This document shows, piece after piece, positions 15,586 to 25,156 of a stretch of DNA of 32,000 nt. The DNA comes from Desulfatibacillum aliphaticivorans DSM 15576 (GTDB lineage Bacteria; Desulfobacterota; Desulfobacteria; Desulfobacterales; Desulfatibacillaceae). A program made the position numbers and the translations under genes. The stretch spans positions 16,899-48,898 of the forward strand of contig NZ_AUCT01000030.1 in NCBI RefSeq assembly GCF_000429905.1. Reading direction: 5' to 3'. Positions within the stretch are counted from its first letter, which is position 1. Every line of letters begins with the position of its first letter. The notes below the pieces were generated by a model. That model saw nothing but the letters and a program-made list of their open reading frames with translations, did no database searches and had not been told where the DNA came from.

Positions 15586-17142
15586 ATGAATTCCAAAGCC
15601 GACAACTCCCCCGCTTCGCTGGTCGTTTTTGAAGACGTCAGCCTGCAAGCCAACGGCAAAACCTTGTTTGACGGCCTCAACTGGACCCTGGAAGCCGGTC
15701 AAAACTGGACGGTTTTCGGCCCCAACGGCTCGGGCAAGTCCTTTTTGGCCAAGGCCTTGTTCCGAAGCATCCCGCTTGTCCGGGGGCGCATCCTGTTTTA
15801 TTTTGACGGCCCGGACGCCAAGCCGCGCACCTATCTCAGGCCCAACGAAATCGTAAGCATTTCCCAGGACGATCAAAAAGGCCTCATGCGCCGGTACGCC
15901 TCCTACCATCAGGCCCGGTGGCAGAGCTTTGAACAGGACGCGCCCACGGTGGAGGATTACCTCAGGGGCAAGGCGCGGGCCAATCGGTTTCAAATGCGGG
16001 AAACGGGCGAACCCGCGCCTGATATTCCCCGGGACGCCTGGGAACAGGCCCTGGCGCTTTTCAAAATTGAATATCTGCTGCCAAGGCGGCTTATCCATAT
16101 ATCCAACGGAGAGGCACGCAAAGTCCTGATCGCCCGGGCTTTGCTCAAACATCCCAAATTATTGATCCTGGACGATCCTTTCACCGGCCTTGACGCAGCC
16201 TCCCGCGACGCTCTGGCCCAAGCCCTCAATGGCATGGCCCGGGCCGGAACTTTGCCCTTTGTGATGCTGACTTCCCGGGAGGACGAAATCATGGACTGCA
16301 GCGGCCATGTTCTTTGCGTGGAGGACAGCCGGGAGGTTTTTCAGGGGCCCAAGGAAAAAATGCCGGCCGCCGCCGGCGCCTTATCCATAGCCTCTTCGCC
16401 CCAGCCGGAATTCAAGTTTCCGGCCCCAAAGGAAAATCCGGCAGCCGGGTTTAAAACCCTGGCGGCCATGAAAAAGGTTACCATATCCTACGGCGGGGAA
16501 AAGGTGCTGGATCAGGTGGACTGGGTCATGAAGCCGGGGGAGCGTTGGGCGCTGCTGGGGCATAACGGCGCCGGCAAAAGCACCTTGCTGAGCCTGGTTC
16601 TGGCGGACAATCCCCAGGCCTACGCCAATGACATCAGCCTGTTTGACGTAAAACGGGGATCGGGCGAAAGCATTTGGGAGATCAAGCGGCGCATCGGATG
16701 CGTGTCTCCGGAATCGCAGATTTACCACGGCCCGGGCGTCACCTGTCTTCAGGCGGTCTGCTCGGGATTTTTCGACACCGTGGGCCTGTACCACGCATGC
16801 AGCCCCGAACAGGAGCAAACCGCCCGCCAGTGGCTGGAGGGATTCGACCTGGAACATTTGGCGGATCGTTCCTTTTTGGCGGTGTCCACGGGGGAACGGC
16901 GTTTGACCCTGCTGGCCAGGGCTTTGGTGAAAAATCCGGCCCTGCTGGCCCTGGACGAGCCCTGCCAGGGGCTGGACGCCAGGCATCGCGCCCGGATCAT
17001 CCGCATTCTGGATGAATTGTGCGCCCAATCCTCCATGAGCATGATTTTCATCTCCCACCATGTGGACGAAATGCCCAAGTCCATCACCCATGTGCTGCGG
17101 TTGGAAAAAGGCCGGGTTGTGGAGTGCGGCAGGCGCGCATAA
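15586..17142 (+). CDS. modF: ModF-like soluble ABC ATPase with two nucleotide-binding domains and no transmembrane domain
   Basis: Two Walker A sites (GPNGSGKS, GHNGAGKS), ABC signatures (ISNGEARK, VSTGERR) and Walker B sites (LLILDDP, LLALDEP). The second half (GDNPQAY.NDISLF..KRGSGESIWEIKRRIG.VS) closely recalls E. coli ModF as I remember it. ATG 15586 lies 12 nt after the HD gene stop. Confidence 0.75.
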   Translation: MNSKADNSPASLVVFEDVSLQANGKTLFDGLNWTLEAGQNWTVFGPNGSGKSFLAKALFRSIPLVRGRILFYFDGPDAKPRTYLRPNEIVSISQDDQKGLMRRYASYHQARWQSFEQDAPTVEDYLRGKARANRFQMRETGEPAPDIPRDAWEQALALFKIEYLLPRRLIHISNGEARKVLIARALLKHPKLLILDDPFTGLDAASRDALAQALNGMARAGTLPFVMLTSREDEIMDCSGHVLCVEDSREVFQGPKEKMPAAAGALSIASSPQPEFKFPAPKENPAAGFKTLAAMKKVTISYGGEKVLDQVDWVMKPGERWALLGHNGAGKSTLLSLVLADNPQAYANDISLFDVKRGSGESIWEIKRRIGCVSPESQIYHGPGVTCLQAVCSGFFDTVGLYHACSPEQEQTARQWLEGFDLEHLADRSFLAVSTGERRLTLLARALVKNPALLALDEPCQGLDARHRARIIRILDELCAQSSMSMIFISHHVDEMPKSITHVLRLEKGRVVECGRRA

Positions 17143-17214
17143 GCGCTCAAACGCCAAACGTCGATTTGAACCCATTACCTCCACATTTTCTGATAGGCGG
17201 GCGCCGAAAAAACT

Positions 17215-17342
17215 CCCTCCCCCTTGACGGGGGAGGGCTGGGGTGGGGGTGACGTTCCTTCGGCGAGGAAACCTCGCAACTACGGCGCGGGGACCGCGCC
17301 ACTACTCCCCCCATCCTGTCCTTCCCCCTCCAGGGGGGAAGG
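17215..17342. repeat. Cluster of G/C-homopolymer-rich hairpins downstream of modF-like gene (REP-like element or terminator region)
   Basis: The hairpins are CCCTCCCCC-ttgac-GGGGGAGGG (17215-17237), GGCGCGG-gga-CCGCGCC (17284-17300) and CCTTCCCCC-tccag-GGGGGAAGG (17320-17342). The overlapping 68-aa ORF (17224-17430) is low-complexity and not credible. Confidence 0.4.
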
Positions 17343-17638
17343 GACCATGACTCATCTGCTTCTTAACAAACTTAGTTCATCGACTTCCCTGTCTCCTGAA
17401 TTTCAGGCAATTTTCAACCTCATAGGATAAACTGAATATCAATATTCCTCTCGACCGTCATATGGGCCTGACTTGGATTTTTATTGCTATTTGCCTTTGC
17501 ATCTGGCAGATTGCCATTCAAAAATAGGGCGGCCGTCCAATGCCGGGCGGGTGATTACCTTAAAAGATTTTCCGACAAATAGACCCGTTGCAAGCGGGCC
17601 GGACAACCAGGCGGAATCCGGCAGGGGTGTGATCGACA

Positions 17639-18577
17639 GTGTTATTTGACATCTTGAAGGTATCTTTAGGATTCGTTTGTCTATATTTTGGGGCTCAGTG
17701 GACCGTAACCGGAGCGATTAGAATCGGGAACGCCCTGAACTTGGCCAAGGCGTTTTTAGGGCTTACCGTGGTGGCTTTCAGCACCAGCTCCCCTGAGCTG
17801 ATGGTCAACCTTCTGGCCGCCTCGCGCGGATACACGGCGTTTTCCCTTTCCAATATTTCGGGCAGCAATTTGGCGAACCTGTGCGTGGGCTTTGGCTTGT
17901 GCGGGCTGTTCAGCAGGCTGGCCGTTTCCCGGGAGGTTTTCCGGGCGGACCTGATTTATTTTTGCATCGGCCCTATTTTGATGCTTCTGTTTTTCTTTTT
18001 CACGCCGGATCATTCCCTGCCCTTATTCGCGGCCGTTCCCCTGCTCTGCCTCATCGGCGCCTATCTTTACTCCAAAAAATCCACCATTAACAGCGCCGAC
18101 GTGGAAAGCAACGAACCCAAGCGCCTGGGATCCGGGATATTTCTTTTAATTCTCGGAGCCGCCCTGCTTTATCTGGGCGGGGAACTGGTCTTAAGGGCCG
18201 CCGTCTCCATAGCCGGAACCCTGGGCATTTCCGACGCTATCATCGGATTCACCATCGTGGCTGTCGGCACCTCCATCCCGGACATCATGGCCAGCATCAT
18301 CGCCGCCCGCAGGGGCGAAAACGCCATCGCCGTCGGCAATCTGCTGGGCAGCAATATCTTCAATATATTCCTGGTGATCGGCGGAACCCTGATCGTTTAC
18401 GGCAACGGCCTGACCACGGATTCCGGCATCCTCATGGACTACTGCCTGGTCGCCGCATGCTCGGTGCTGTTTTACGCCCTAATCAACTGGACCAGGCTGA
18501 GCCCTCGCATCTGGGGCGGCGGTCTGTTAGGCATTTACCTCGTGTACACCACCATCCGGGTGATCGCCGGAACCTGA
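17639..18577 (+). CDS. CaCA-family cation/Ca2+ exchanger (YrbG-like Na+/Ca2+ antiporter)
   Basis: 312-aa polytopic membrane protein. The two alpha-repeat signatures are AFSTSSPELMVNL and AVGTSIPDIMASI, followed by GNLLGSNIFNIFLVIG. The start is a GTG. Confidence 0.8.
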   Translation: MLFDILKVSLGFVCLYFGAQWTVTGAIRIGNALNLAKAFLGLTVVAFSTSSPELMVNLLAASRGYTAFSLSNISGSNLANLCVGFGLCGLFSRLAVSREVFRADLIYFCIGPILMLLFFFFTPDHSLPLFAAVPLLCLIGAYLYSKKSTINSADVESNEPKRLGSGIFLLILGAALLYLGGELVLRAAVSIAGTLGISDAIIGFTIVAVGTSIPDIMASIIAARRGENAIAVGNLLGSNIFNIFLVIGGTLIVYGNGLTTDSGILMDYCLVAACSVLFYALINWTRLSPRIWGGGLLGIYLVYTTIRVIAGT

Positions 18578-18996
18578 ACGCCGGTTTGACAATGTTGGAT
18601 GAACCTGCGCACGCCCTTTTGGGGCGTCCAAACGGCCTGCACAAGTTCACGCAACCCATCTCTAAAAAAAATGTCTTGCGCAGAACCATCCAACCTACAT
18701 ATCCACCTAATATAATGTGCTTTTCCATGTAGGTCGGGTGGTTCTGCAATAATACTTTTTTTGAAATCCGATTTCATTGCATCTCCTAATATCATGATGT
18801 CAGCCATAGACCTCAAGGCAGGTTCACCCGACGACTCACTTTTTTATGTTCCACTAAAAAAATGAATAATTAGTGGACGAACTTCAAAAAAGGCGGTATT
18901 CCTTTACACAGTTGTATAGCCTTCAAAAAGCCCGAAAGATTAATGTTCCGCCATTGTTCACGTTGTGCAAACCTCAATTTCAACGGGGGGAGTTTA

Positions 18997-19668
18997 ATGA
19001 ATCCGCAAAAAGAACACTTGCAGCCCACGCCCATCATCAATTCCGATCATGAATCCGTCATCGCTTTCGCCCGGGAAAACGCGGGGAAATCCGAAAACCC
19101 CGTGGACCAGGCAATCAGCCTGTATTACGCCGTCCGGGACGGCATCCGGTACAATCCCTACAAATTCGTCCTGACCGTGGAAGGCTTGAAAGCCTCCACC
19201 ACCCTGGAGGTGGGCGAGGCCTGGTGCGTACCCAAAGCCGCCCTGCTGGCCGCCTGCTGCCGGGTCATGGGCATTCCGGCCCGGGTGGGTTACGCGGACG
19301 TACAAAATCATCTTTCCACCAAACGCATGCGCGAGCAAATGCAGACCAACGTGTTTCACTGGCACGGGTACAACACCATTTATCTGAACGGAAAATGGGT
19401 GAAAGCCACGCCTGCGTTCAACGTGGAGTTATGCGAAAAATTCCGCCTGAGAACCCTGGAGTTTGACGGGGAGAACGACTCCATTTACCATCCCTTTGAT
19501 TTGGACGGGAACAAGCACATGGATTACATCAACTTCCGGGGCGAATACGACGACGTTCCCCTGGCCGAGATGATCAAGACCTTTCAGGGCCTGTACGGAG
19601 AAGACGCCTTCGCCAACGTGGACGAGGACTTTGACGCGGACGTGGCTAAGGAAAATCCCGGCGCCTGA
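18997..19668 (+). CDS. Transglutaminase-like (papain-fold Cys-His-Asp) superfamily protein
   Basis: The core is GEAWCVPKAALLAACCRVMGIPARVGYADV ... HWHGYNTIYLNGKWVKATP, which matches the transglutaminase-like pattern of a Cys nucleophile and then His. I prefer ATG 18997 (preceded by GGGGGGAG) over the track start 18943. Confidence 0.65.
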   Translation: MNPQKEHLQPTPIINSDHESVIAFARENAGKSENPVDQAISLYYAVRDGIRYNPYKFVLTVEGLKASTTLEVGEAWCVPKAALLAACCRVMGIPARVGYADVQNHLSTKRMREQMQTNVFHWHGYNTIYLNGKWVKATPAFNVELCEKFRLRTLEFDGENDSIYHPFDLDGNKHMDYINFRGEYDDVPLAEMIKTFQGLYGEDAFANVDEDFDADVAKENPGA

Positions 19669-19705
19669 TAATTTTCGGTCCGCTAAAAATGAAGGGGGGG
19701 AGAAA

Positions 19706-20821
19706 ATGATCGCAAAAAACCGGGTGATGATTTTGGATGCGGCCTACGACGAGGAATCCCTAAAGGATGCGGTGGAGGCCGTGTTCCGGGAATTCCCCCT
19801 GGATTTGGACGGGAAGACCGTTCTGGTCAAGCCCAACATCCTGGCCGGAGAGCCGCCGGAAAAAGGCGTGACCACCCATCCCATGCTGGTGAAGGCGGTG
19901 GTGGACAAGCTCAAGGCCCAAGGCGCCAAGGTGATGGTGGGCGACAACCCCGGCGTGTTCGGCTACGGCAGGTCGGAAAAAGCCGCGGAAACCGCCCGGA
20001 TTTCAGACGCCGTGGGCGACGCCTTTGTGCACCTGGGCCAGAGCCCGGTCAAAACCAGCCTGCCGTCCCAGGACGTCCCCTGCGTCATGATCTCCAACGA
20101 GGTGCTCACCGCTGATCTGGTGATCAACCTGCCCAAGCTCAAAACCCACGGCCTGACCTTTTACACCGGCGCGGTGAAGAACACCTTCGGCTACGTGGTG
20201 GGCGGGGATAAAATGCGGGTCCATTCCCAGGCGGTGACGCCCAAGCGCTTTTCCCAGGCCCTGGTGGATATTTTTTCGGTCCGGCCGCCGGACTTGACCA
20301 TCATGGACGCCGTGGTCGCCATGGAAGGCGCCGGCCCCCACCACGGAAGCCTGCGGAACGTGGGAAAAATCCTGGCCAGTAACAACGCCGTGAGCCTGGA
20401 CGCCGTTGCCGTAACCATGATTGGGGGAAATCCCAGATCCATCCTGCACCTGGACATCGCCGCGGAAAAGGGCCTGGGCGCCATCGACCTGGATCAAATC
20501 TCCCTGAACACGGAAATCGTCCCCATCCCCGATTTTAAAATGCCCGTGACCTTTGTCCCGGGCGTCATGGGCATGGTCTTGAACCGGTTTTTATCCAAGT
20601 GGATCAACTGCCTGCCCCAAATCCAGGAAGACAAATGCAAGCAGTGCGGCCTGTGCGTCAAGCACTGCCCTACCAAAGCCATGACCATGGCGAAAAAATC
20701 CTATCCCAAGGCGGACAAGAACGTCTGCATCAATTGCTATTGCTGCCAGGAAATGTGCCCGGAAGACGCCATCGTCCTCAAGGGCCGCACCCTGAACTTC
20801 ATCAGGGGCTCCTCCCGATAG
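19706..20821 (+). CDS. DUF362-domain protein fused to a C-terminal 2x[4Fe-4S] ferredoxin domain
   Basis: The N-terminal pattern (VLVKPNIL ... LPKLKTHGLT...GAVKN.FG) is typical of DUF362. The C-terminus has CKQCGLCVKHCP and CINCYCCQEMCP. ATG 19706 is preceded by GAAGGGGGGGAG. Confidence 0.7.
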   Translation: MIAKNRVMILDAAYDEESLKDAVEAVFREFPLDLDGKTVLVKPNILAGEPPEKGVTTHPMLVKAVVDKLKAQGAKVMVGDNPGVFGYGRSEKAAETARISDAVGDAFVHLGQSPVKTSLPSQDVPCVMISNEVLTADLVINLPKLKTHGLTFYTGAVKNTFGYVVGGDKMRVHSQAVTPKRFSQALVDIFSVRPPDLTIMDAVVAMEGAGPHHGSLRNVGKILASNNAVSLDAVAVTMIGGNPRSILHLDIAAEKGLGAIDLDQISLNTEIVPIPDFKMPVTFVPGVMGMVLNRFLSKWINCLPQIQEDKCKQCGLCVKHCPTKAMTMAKKSYPKADKNVCINCYCCQEMCPEDAIVLKGRTLNFIRGSSR

Positions 20822-20857
20822 GCGGGCCTGTTTGGGAGGGCTCAGGACTTGGATCGT

Positions 20858-23800
20858 TTAGCTTTCCAAGGCTTTTCTGACCTGTTCGGCCAGCTTGTTT
20901 TGGGAAAACGGTTTTTCCAGAAAGTGCACATCCTTCTCCAGGACGCCGTGCCGGGCGATAAGGTCGGCCGTGTACCCGGACATAAACAAGACTTTCAGGG
21001 ACGGGTGGCGGGATTTGAGCTCCTCGGCCAAATCCTTGCCGTTCATGCCGGGCATGATGACATCCGTAATGAGCAATTGGATGCCGTCCTGGAACTCGTC
21101 AACCAGATTAAGGGCCTTCTGGGGAGAGGAAGCAGTCAGCACGCGGTAACCGGATCTTTCCAACATGCTTTTAGCCATGGAAATGATGGCTTTTTCATCC
21201 TCAACCAGCAGTACGGTTTCCCCTTTTCCCTCAAGGGGTTCAGCCGCCTGCAAAGCCTCTGACGCAGTCTCCGGCGAGCCATGCCTGGGCAGATAGATTT
21301 TAAACAAGGCGCCTTTCCCCGGCTCGCTTTCCACCAAAACGGCGCCATCATTTTGTTTGACGATGCCGTATATGGTGGACAGTCCCAGACCGGTCCCCCG
21401 GTCCGGCTTCTTGGTCGTGAAAAAGGGTTCGAAAATATTGGCCATGGTTTCCCGGTCCATGCCGCAGCCGTTATCTTTCACGCTCAAAAGCACATAATCG
21501 CCGGGTTTGAGATCCGGGGTGGGAATGCAGGCCTCTGGTGAAACTATTTCATTATGGACGCTTATGCATATTTCCCCGCCGCTGGAAATAGCGTCCCTGG
21601 CGTTGACGCACAGGTTGGCGAGCAACTGATCCAATTGGGACGGGTCCATGCGCACAAACCATGTCTCGCTCCCGGGTTTCCAGATCATCCGGATGTCCTC
21701 CCCAATCAGCCTGCGCAGCATTTTCAGCATGCCTTCCAAGGTTTCATTCAGATCCAAAACCCTGGGGGCGATGGTTTGTTTTCGCGCAAAAGCCAGCAAC
21801 TGCCGGGTGACTTCCGAGGATCTCATGGCGGCGTCCAGGATTTCCCTGAAGCTTTCATAAAAGGGATGGGCAGGGGGCATGCCGTCCAAAGCCAGCTCCG
21901 AGTATCCGATGATCACATTCAACATGTTGTTGAAATCATGAGCCACTCCGCCCGCCAACCTGCCCACGGACTCCATTTTTTGCGCTTGCGTCAATTGGGC
22001 ATGGAGTTGTTCCCGCTCGGCCTCGGCCTGCTTGCGCTCGGTAATATTGCGCGTAATGGTTGCCAAGTCGGTCATGTCGCCGGTGGCAATGTCTTCGGTA
22101 TGGAAAAGGTCGTAAAGAACGGGAATCGCTTCACCCGTTTTGAAATGGCGAAAGCGAAACTCCCCCGCCCATCGTCCATCCCGCATAACGGCGGGAAGAA
22201 TGGTGTTCCGGAGGTACGGCAAGTCATCAGGCAGGAAGTAATCTTCGATCCTGGTCTGCGCGACCGCCTCTTCCCCATCCAGCCCCACCATCGCCTGCCC
22301 GGCTGGATTCACGAAGTAAGCCGCCTGGTCCGTATCCGCCACGCCAATGAAATCCTGACTGCGTTTGATAATATTAGCCAGGACCTGATTGCGCCGTTCC
22401 AAATGCTTGCGTTTGGTGATGTCTATGGCAATTTCAAAGCGGACGTCCCTGCCATCCGGCCAACTGATGATGCGATCCGCTATCGCGTAATGCCGGTCAA
22501 CATGCTTGTTATGGAATTCCCAGTGATGGGAAGCGGGTTTTTGCTTCAATATAATATCGTTGGTGCAGAAAGGGCATGGCGAATCCAGGTTTTGTATGAT
22601 TTTGTAACATTTTGCGCCGAGGCAATCGGGCGGCAGCATTCGCTGGAAATAGCTGTTGACATACAACAACTCATGGGTTGCCGGGTCGGAGATGTAGATT
22701 ACCTCGTCAATGCTGTTGAATATGGCGAGCAGTTGCTCCCGTTCTTCCCGCAGCTTTTTTTCGGCCAGTTTATGTTCGGTGAGATCAATATCAATGCAGA
22801 ATAACTCGGGCTCGCGCCCCGGCAGGCGGACCAAGGCGTGGGATGAATAGACCTGGATGGGCGAACCGTCCTTGCGCATCAATTCCAGCTCGGACGGCGG
22901 GATCGCCTCTCCGGTTTCGGCCATTTGGCGCATCTCCGTTTGCACGGCTTCGCGCATGGCGGGAGGAATGATCAAGTCTATCAGGTTTTGGCCAAGGGCC
23001 TCTTCCTCGGTGTAGCCGTAAAAGGTTTCCGCGGCATGGTTCCAATAGCTTACCGCGCCGTCCAGGGCGTACCCCTGGACAGCCACCGAGGTCACATTCC
23101 GCAGCATCTCCTTGAAACGCATTTCGCTGGCTTTCAGCGCTTCTTCGGCTTGCTTTGCTTCGGTCACATCGCGGGCAATGCCGACATAACCCGTGACTTT
23201 CCCGGACTCATCCCTGTTGGGGGACCCCTTGGACATGTGCCACCGCCAGGACCCGTCGTGATGCCGGACCCGATATTCCAGACCGCCTTGTTTGCCGCCG
23301 TTCATCACCGTTTTTTCCAGGAAGGCGCGGCACAGGTGGACGTCCTCAGGGTGGACATAAGGCTCAAAGGACTTTCCCACGGCTCGTTCCGCCGGTTCGC
23401 CCAGGAACTCCAGCCAATTTGGGGAAACATAGGTAAACCGGCCTTCGGCGGAAAGGGCGTATACAATGTCGTTGGCATTCTCCACGAAAGAACGGAACAA
23501 CTGCTCGCTTTGACGCAAGGCCTCGCTGGTCCGCGCCAGTTTGATATGGGCGTAGGACATGCGGGAGATAAGATTGATGAGATTGCAGTAAAAGGTCATC
23601 ACCTGATCCACCGTTTTACGCGACCAGCGAGGGACGGATAGATAGGCCTTAAGATATGCCTCCTCGTCGAATCCATAACGGCGGGCCTGTTCCCGGAAGG
23701 CCGCGACGTCGGGCGTTTCATCCTCAAAGAAAAACTGACCGAGGAAGAGGTTGCCGGCGTGTCTCCCGCCAATGACAATCGGGGTCGCCATATCCCACAT

Positions 23801-25156
23801 GTTGTTCTTGCATTTATACAATTTGAAGGTTCCCGGCTCCACGGTGGATGCGAGAAGCGTGTCGCTTTCACGGCAATTTAAGGCGGTTTCGGGATGAACC
23901 CGGTGGAATTTGGTGCAGACATCCTGCCAGCCTGTCCCGACAAGGACATTTCCCTCCAGGTCGATAATGCCCACTCCGATGTCCGTCAATGCGTGAAAAT
24001 CGTCCATCAGGGATTGTATTTGATCAACGTCCAAAACGTCGGCGAGATTCAAACGCCCAATATCGCCTTCCGGATCAAGGAGGGCGTTCAGCTTGGTCCG
24101 CACCCTGCTTTCACTCTCCCGCAGGGCCTCTTCGGCTTTCTTGCGTTCCGTAATGTCGGCGGCGACGCTTAAAATGGCGGGCTTGCCGTCCCACTCAATG
24201 AATCTTGCCAGCACCTCCAGGGGAAAAGTGGATCCGTCCTTTCGGTGGTGAAGGACTTCAAAGCGCGCTTCCCCCTTCTCCCGGATTTTCCGGTAACGCT
24301 CCGGCAGCATGGCCCGGGTCTCCGGAGCGTCCAGGTTATGCAAATCCGTGTTCAAAAACTCTTCCTCGTCAGCGTAGCCGTGCAAGGTGTATGTGGCTTG
24401 GTTTCCATAATGAAACCGGCCCTTGAAGTCATGGATGGTTATGGAGGCCGGAGCCAGGTCCAGCATGCGCCCCAACAGGGCTATTCGTTTTTCAGCCTGT
24501 TGTTGGGCCGCCATTTTGTCCAGGGCGAACCCTATGTCATTGGCAAGCTCCCTGAACAGGACTTGCTCCTCCTGATTGCCGGCCAGTTCCTCTGGAACGG
24601 AGACGGACAACACGCCGTGGATGCGATCCTTGTACCCCAAACGGCAAGTAAAGACCGCCCATCCCCCGTACTCCCGCGTCAGCGGACACTCGGGACAATC
24701 CCGCCGGGCGTCCCGGACCACCGTCACCTCATCAGCCAGGAAAGATTGCCGCACACAGCGGGGATATGCACCCTGCATCAGTTGCCGCTCCAGCTGCAAA
24801 AAGCCGCCGCTGGCCCGGCCGGATTTAACGGCCGTGACCTGATGGGTTTGGGAGTCCGCCAGGGCGATCCAGGCGTTCTGGTAGCTTGGACCGGCCGTGA
24901 GTTGAATGCAGGCCTTTTCTATCAGGCTCAGGGGAGTCTCCTCGGAAACCAAAAGTTTGTTCACGCTGCGAATGGTCAGCAAAACATTCTTGATGTGCGC
25001 TTCCCGGGCCTCCGCCTCCGCCAGACGCACCACCAGGGTGTGATTATTCCCCACAATGGCGTCCACCTGACCGTCCCGAACGGCCTGCAGGGCGTCCTCA
25101 GCGCGTTTTAGCCTCTTTTGCAGTTCCTCATAGGACGGCGGCGTCTTGAACGTCAT
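20858..25156 (-). CDS. Hybrid sensor histidine kinase with a multi-sensor N-terminus (GAF, about 5 or more PAS, PocR-like domain), HisKA, HATPase_c and a C-terminal receiver
   Basis: H-box GGVAHDFNNMLNVIIGYSE. The ATPase N/G boxes are NLCVNARDA, DNGCGMD and GTGLGLS. The receiver is VLLVEDE...LLITDVIMPGMNG...KVLFMSGY. Several PAS-type modules are present (repeated ITERKxAEEAL linkers). ATG 25156 is preceded by GGAGAG; the track start 25171 is a TTG. Confidence 0.9.
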   Translation of the reverse strand: MTFKTPPSYEELQKRLKRAEDALQAVRDGQVDAIVGNNHTLVVRLAEAEAREAHIKNVLLTIRSVNKLLVSEETPLSLIEKACIQLTAGPSYQNAWIALADSQTHQVTAVKSGRASGGFLQLERQLMQGAYPRCVRQSFLADEVTVVRDARRDCPECPLTREYGGWAVFTCRLGYKDRIHGVLSVSVPEELAGNQEEQVLFRELANDIGFALDKMAAQQQAEKRIALLGRMLDLAPASITIHDFKGRFHYGNQATYTLHGYADEEEFLNTDLHNLDAPETRAMLPERYRKIREKGEARFEVLHHRKDGSTFPLEVLARFIEWDGKPAILSVAADITERKKAEEALRESESRVRTKLNALLDPEGDIGRLNLADVLDVDQIQSLMDDFHALTDIGVGIIDLEGNVLVGTGWQDVCTKFHRVHPETALNCRESDTLLASTVEPGTFKLYKCKNNMWDMATPIVIGGRHAGNLFLGQFFFEDETPDVAAFREQARRYGFDEEAYLKAYLSVPRWSRKTVDQVMTFYCNLINLISRMSYAHIKLARTSEALRQSEQLFRSFVENANDIVYALSAEGRFTYVSPNWLEFLGEPAERAVGKSFEPYVHPEDVHLCRAFLEKTVMNGGKQGGLEYRVRHHDGSWRWHMSKGSPNRDESGKVTGYVGIARDVTEAKQAEEALKASEMRFKEMLRNVTSVAVQGYALDGAVSYWNHAAETFYGYTEEEALGQNLIDLIIPPAMREAVQTEMRQMAETGEAIPPSELELMRKDGSPIQVYSSHALVRLPGREPELFCIDIDLTEHKLAEKKLREEREQLLAIFNSIDEVIYISDPATHELLYVNSYFQRMLPPDCLGAKCYKIIQNLDSPCPFCTNDIILKQKPASHHWEFHNKHVDRHYAIADRIISWPDGRDVRFEIAIDITKRKHLERRNQVLANIIKRSQDFIGVADTDQAAYFVNPAGQAMVGLDGEEAVAQTRIEDYFLPDDLPYLRNTILPAVMRDGRWAGEFRFRHFKTGEAIPVLYDLFHTEDIATGDMTDLATITRNITERKQAEAEREQLHAQLTQAQKMESVGRLAGGVAHDFNNMLNVIIGYSELALDGMPPAHPFYESFREILDAAMRSSEVTRQLLAFARKQTIAPRVLDLNETLEGMLKMLRRLIGEDIRMIWKPGSETWFVRMDPSQLDQLLANLCVNARDAISSGGEICISVHNEIVSPEACIPTPDLKPGDYVLLSVKDNGCGMDRETMANIFEPFFTTKKPDRGTGLGLSTIYGIVKQNDGAVLVESEPGKGALFKIYLPRHGSPETASEALQAAEPLEGKGETVLLVEDEKAIISMAKSMLERSGYRVLTASSPQKALNLVDEFQDGIQLLITDVIMPGMNGKDLAEELKSRHPSLKVLFMSGYTADLIARHGVLEKDVHFLEKPFSQNKLAEQVRKALES

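Noticed and set aside
17224-17430. 68-aa ORF (MTGEGWGGGD...PSRGEGT...) downstream of modF-like gene.
   Set aside because: It is the translation of G/C homopolymer hairpin arms. It is low-complexity and has no RBS. The REP-like hairpin cluster explains the region better.
17431-17638. Possible metal or ion riboswitch in the 200-nt leader of the CaCA exchanger gene.
   Set aside because: A few short hairpins are present, for example CCGGA-N12-TCCGG. I cannot match the region to the yybP-ykoY, NiCo or Na+/Li+ motifs from memory. There is not enough evidence to report it.
18483-18816. Two overlapping minus-strand ORFs in the AT-rich spacer after the cation exchanger gene. They have faint tyrosine-recombinase C-terminal-like strings (H.KAHY..W....G ... 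RRFIQH; LRKTF).
   Set aside because: The similarity is patchy and requires frameshifts and an 8-residue insertion. The catalytic R-H-R-Y pattern cannot be aligned convincingly. It could be a decayed integrase scar, but the sequence alone does not support a call.
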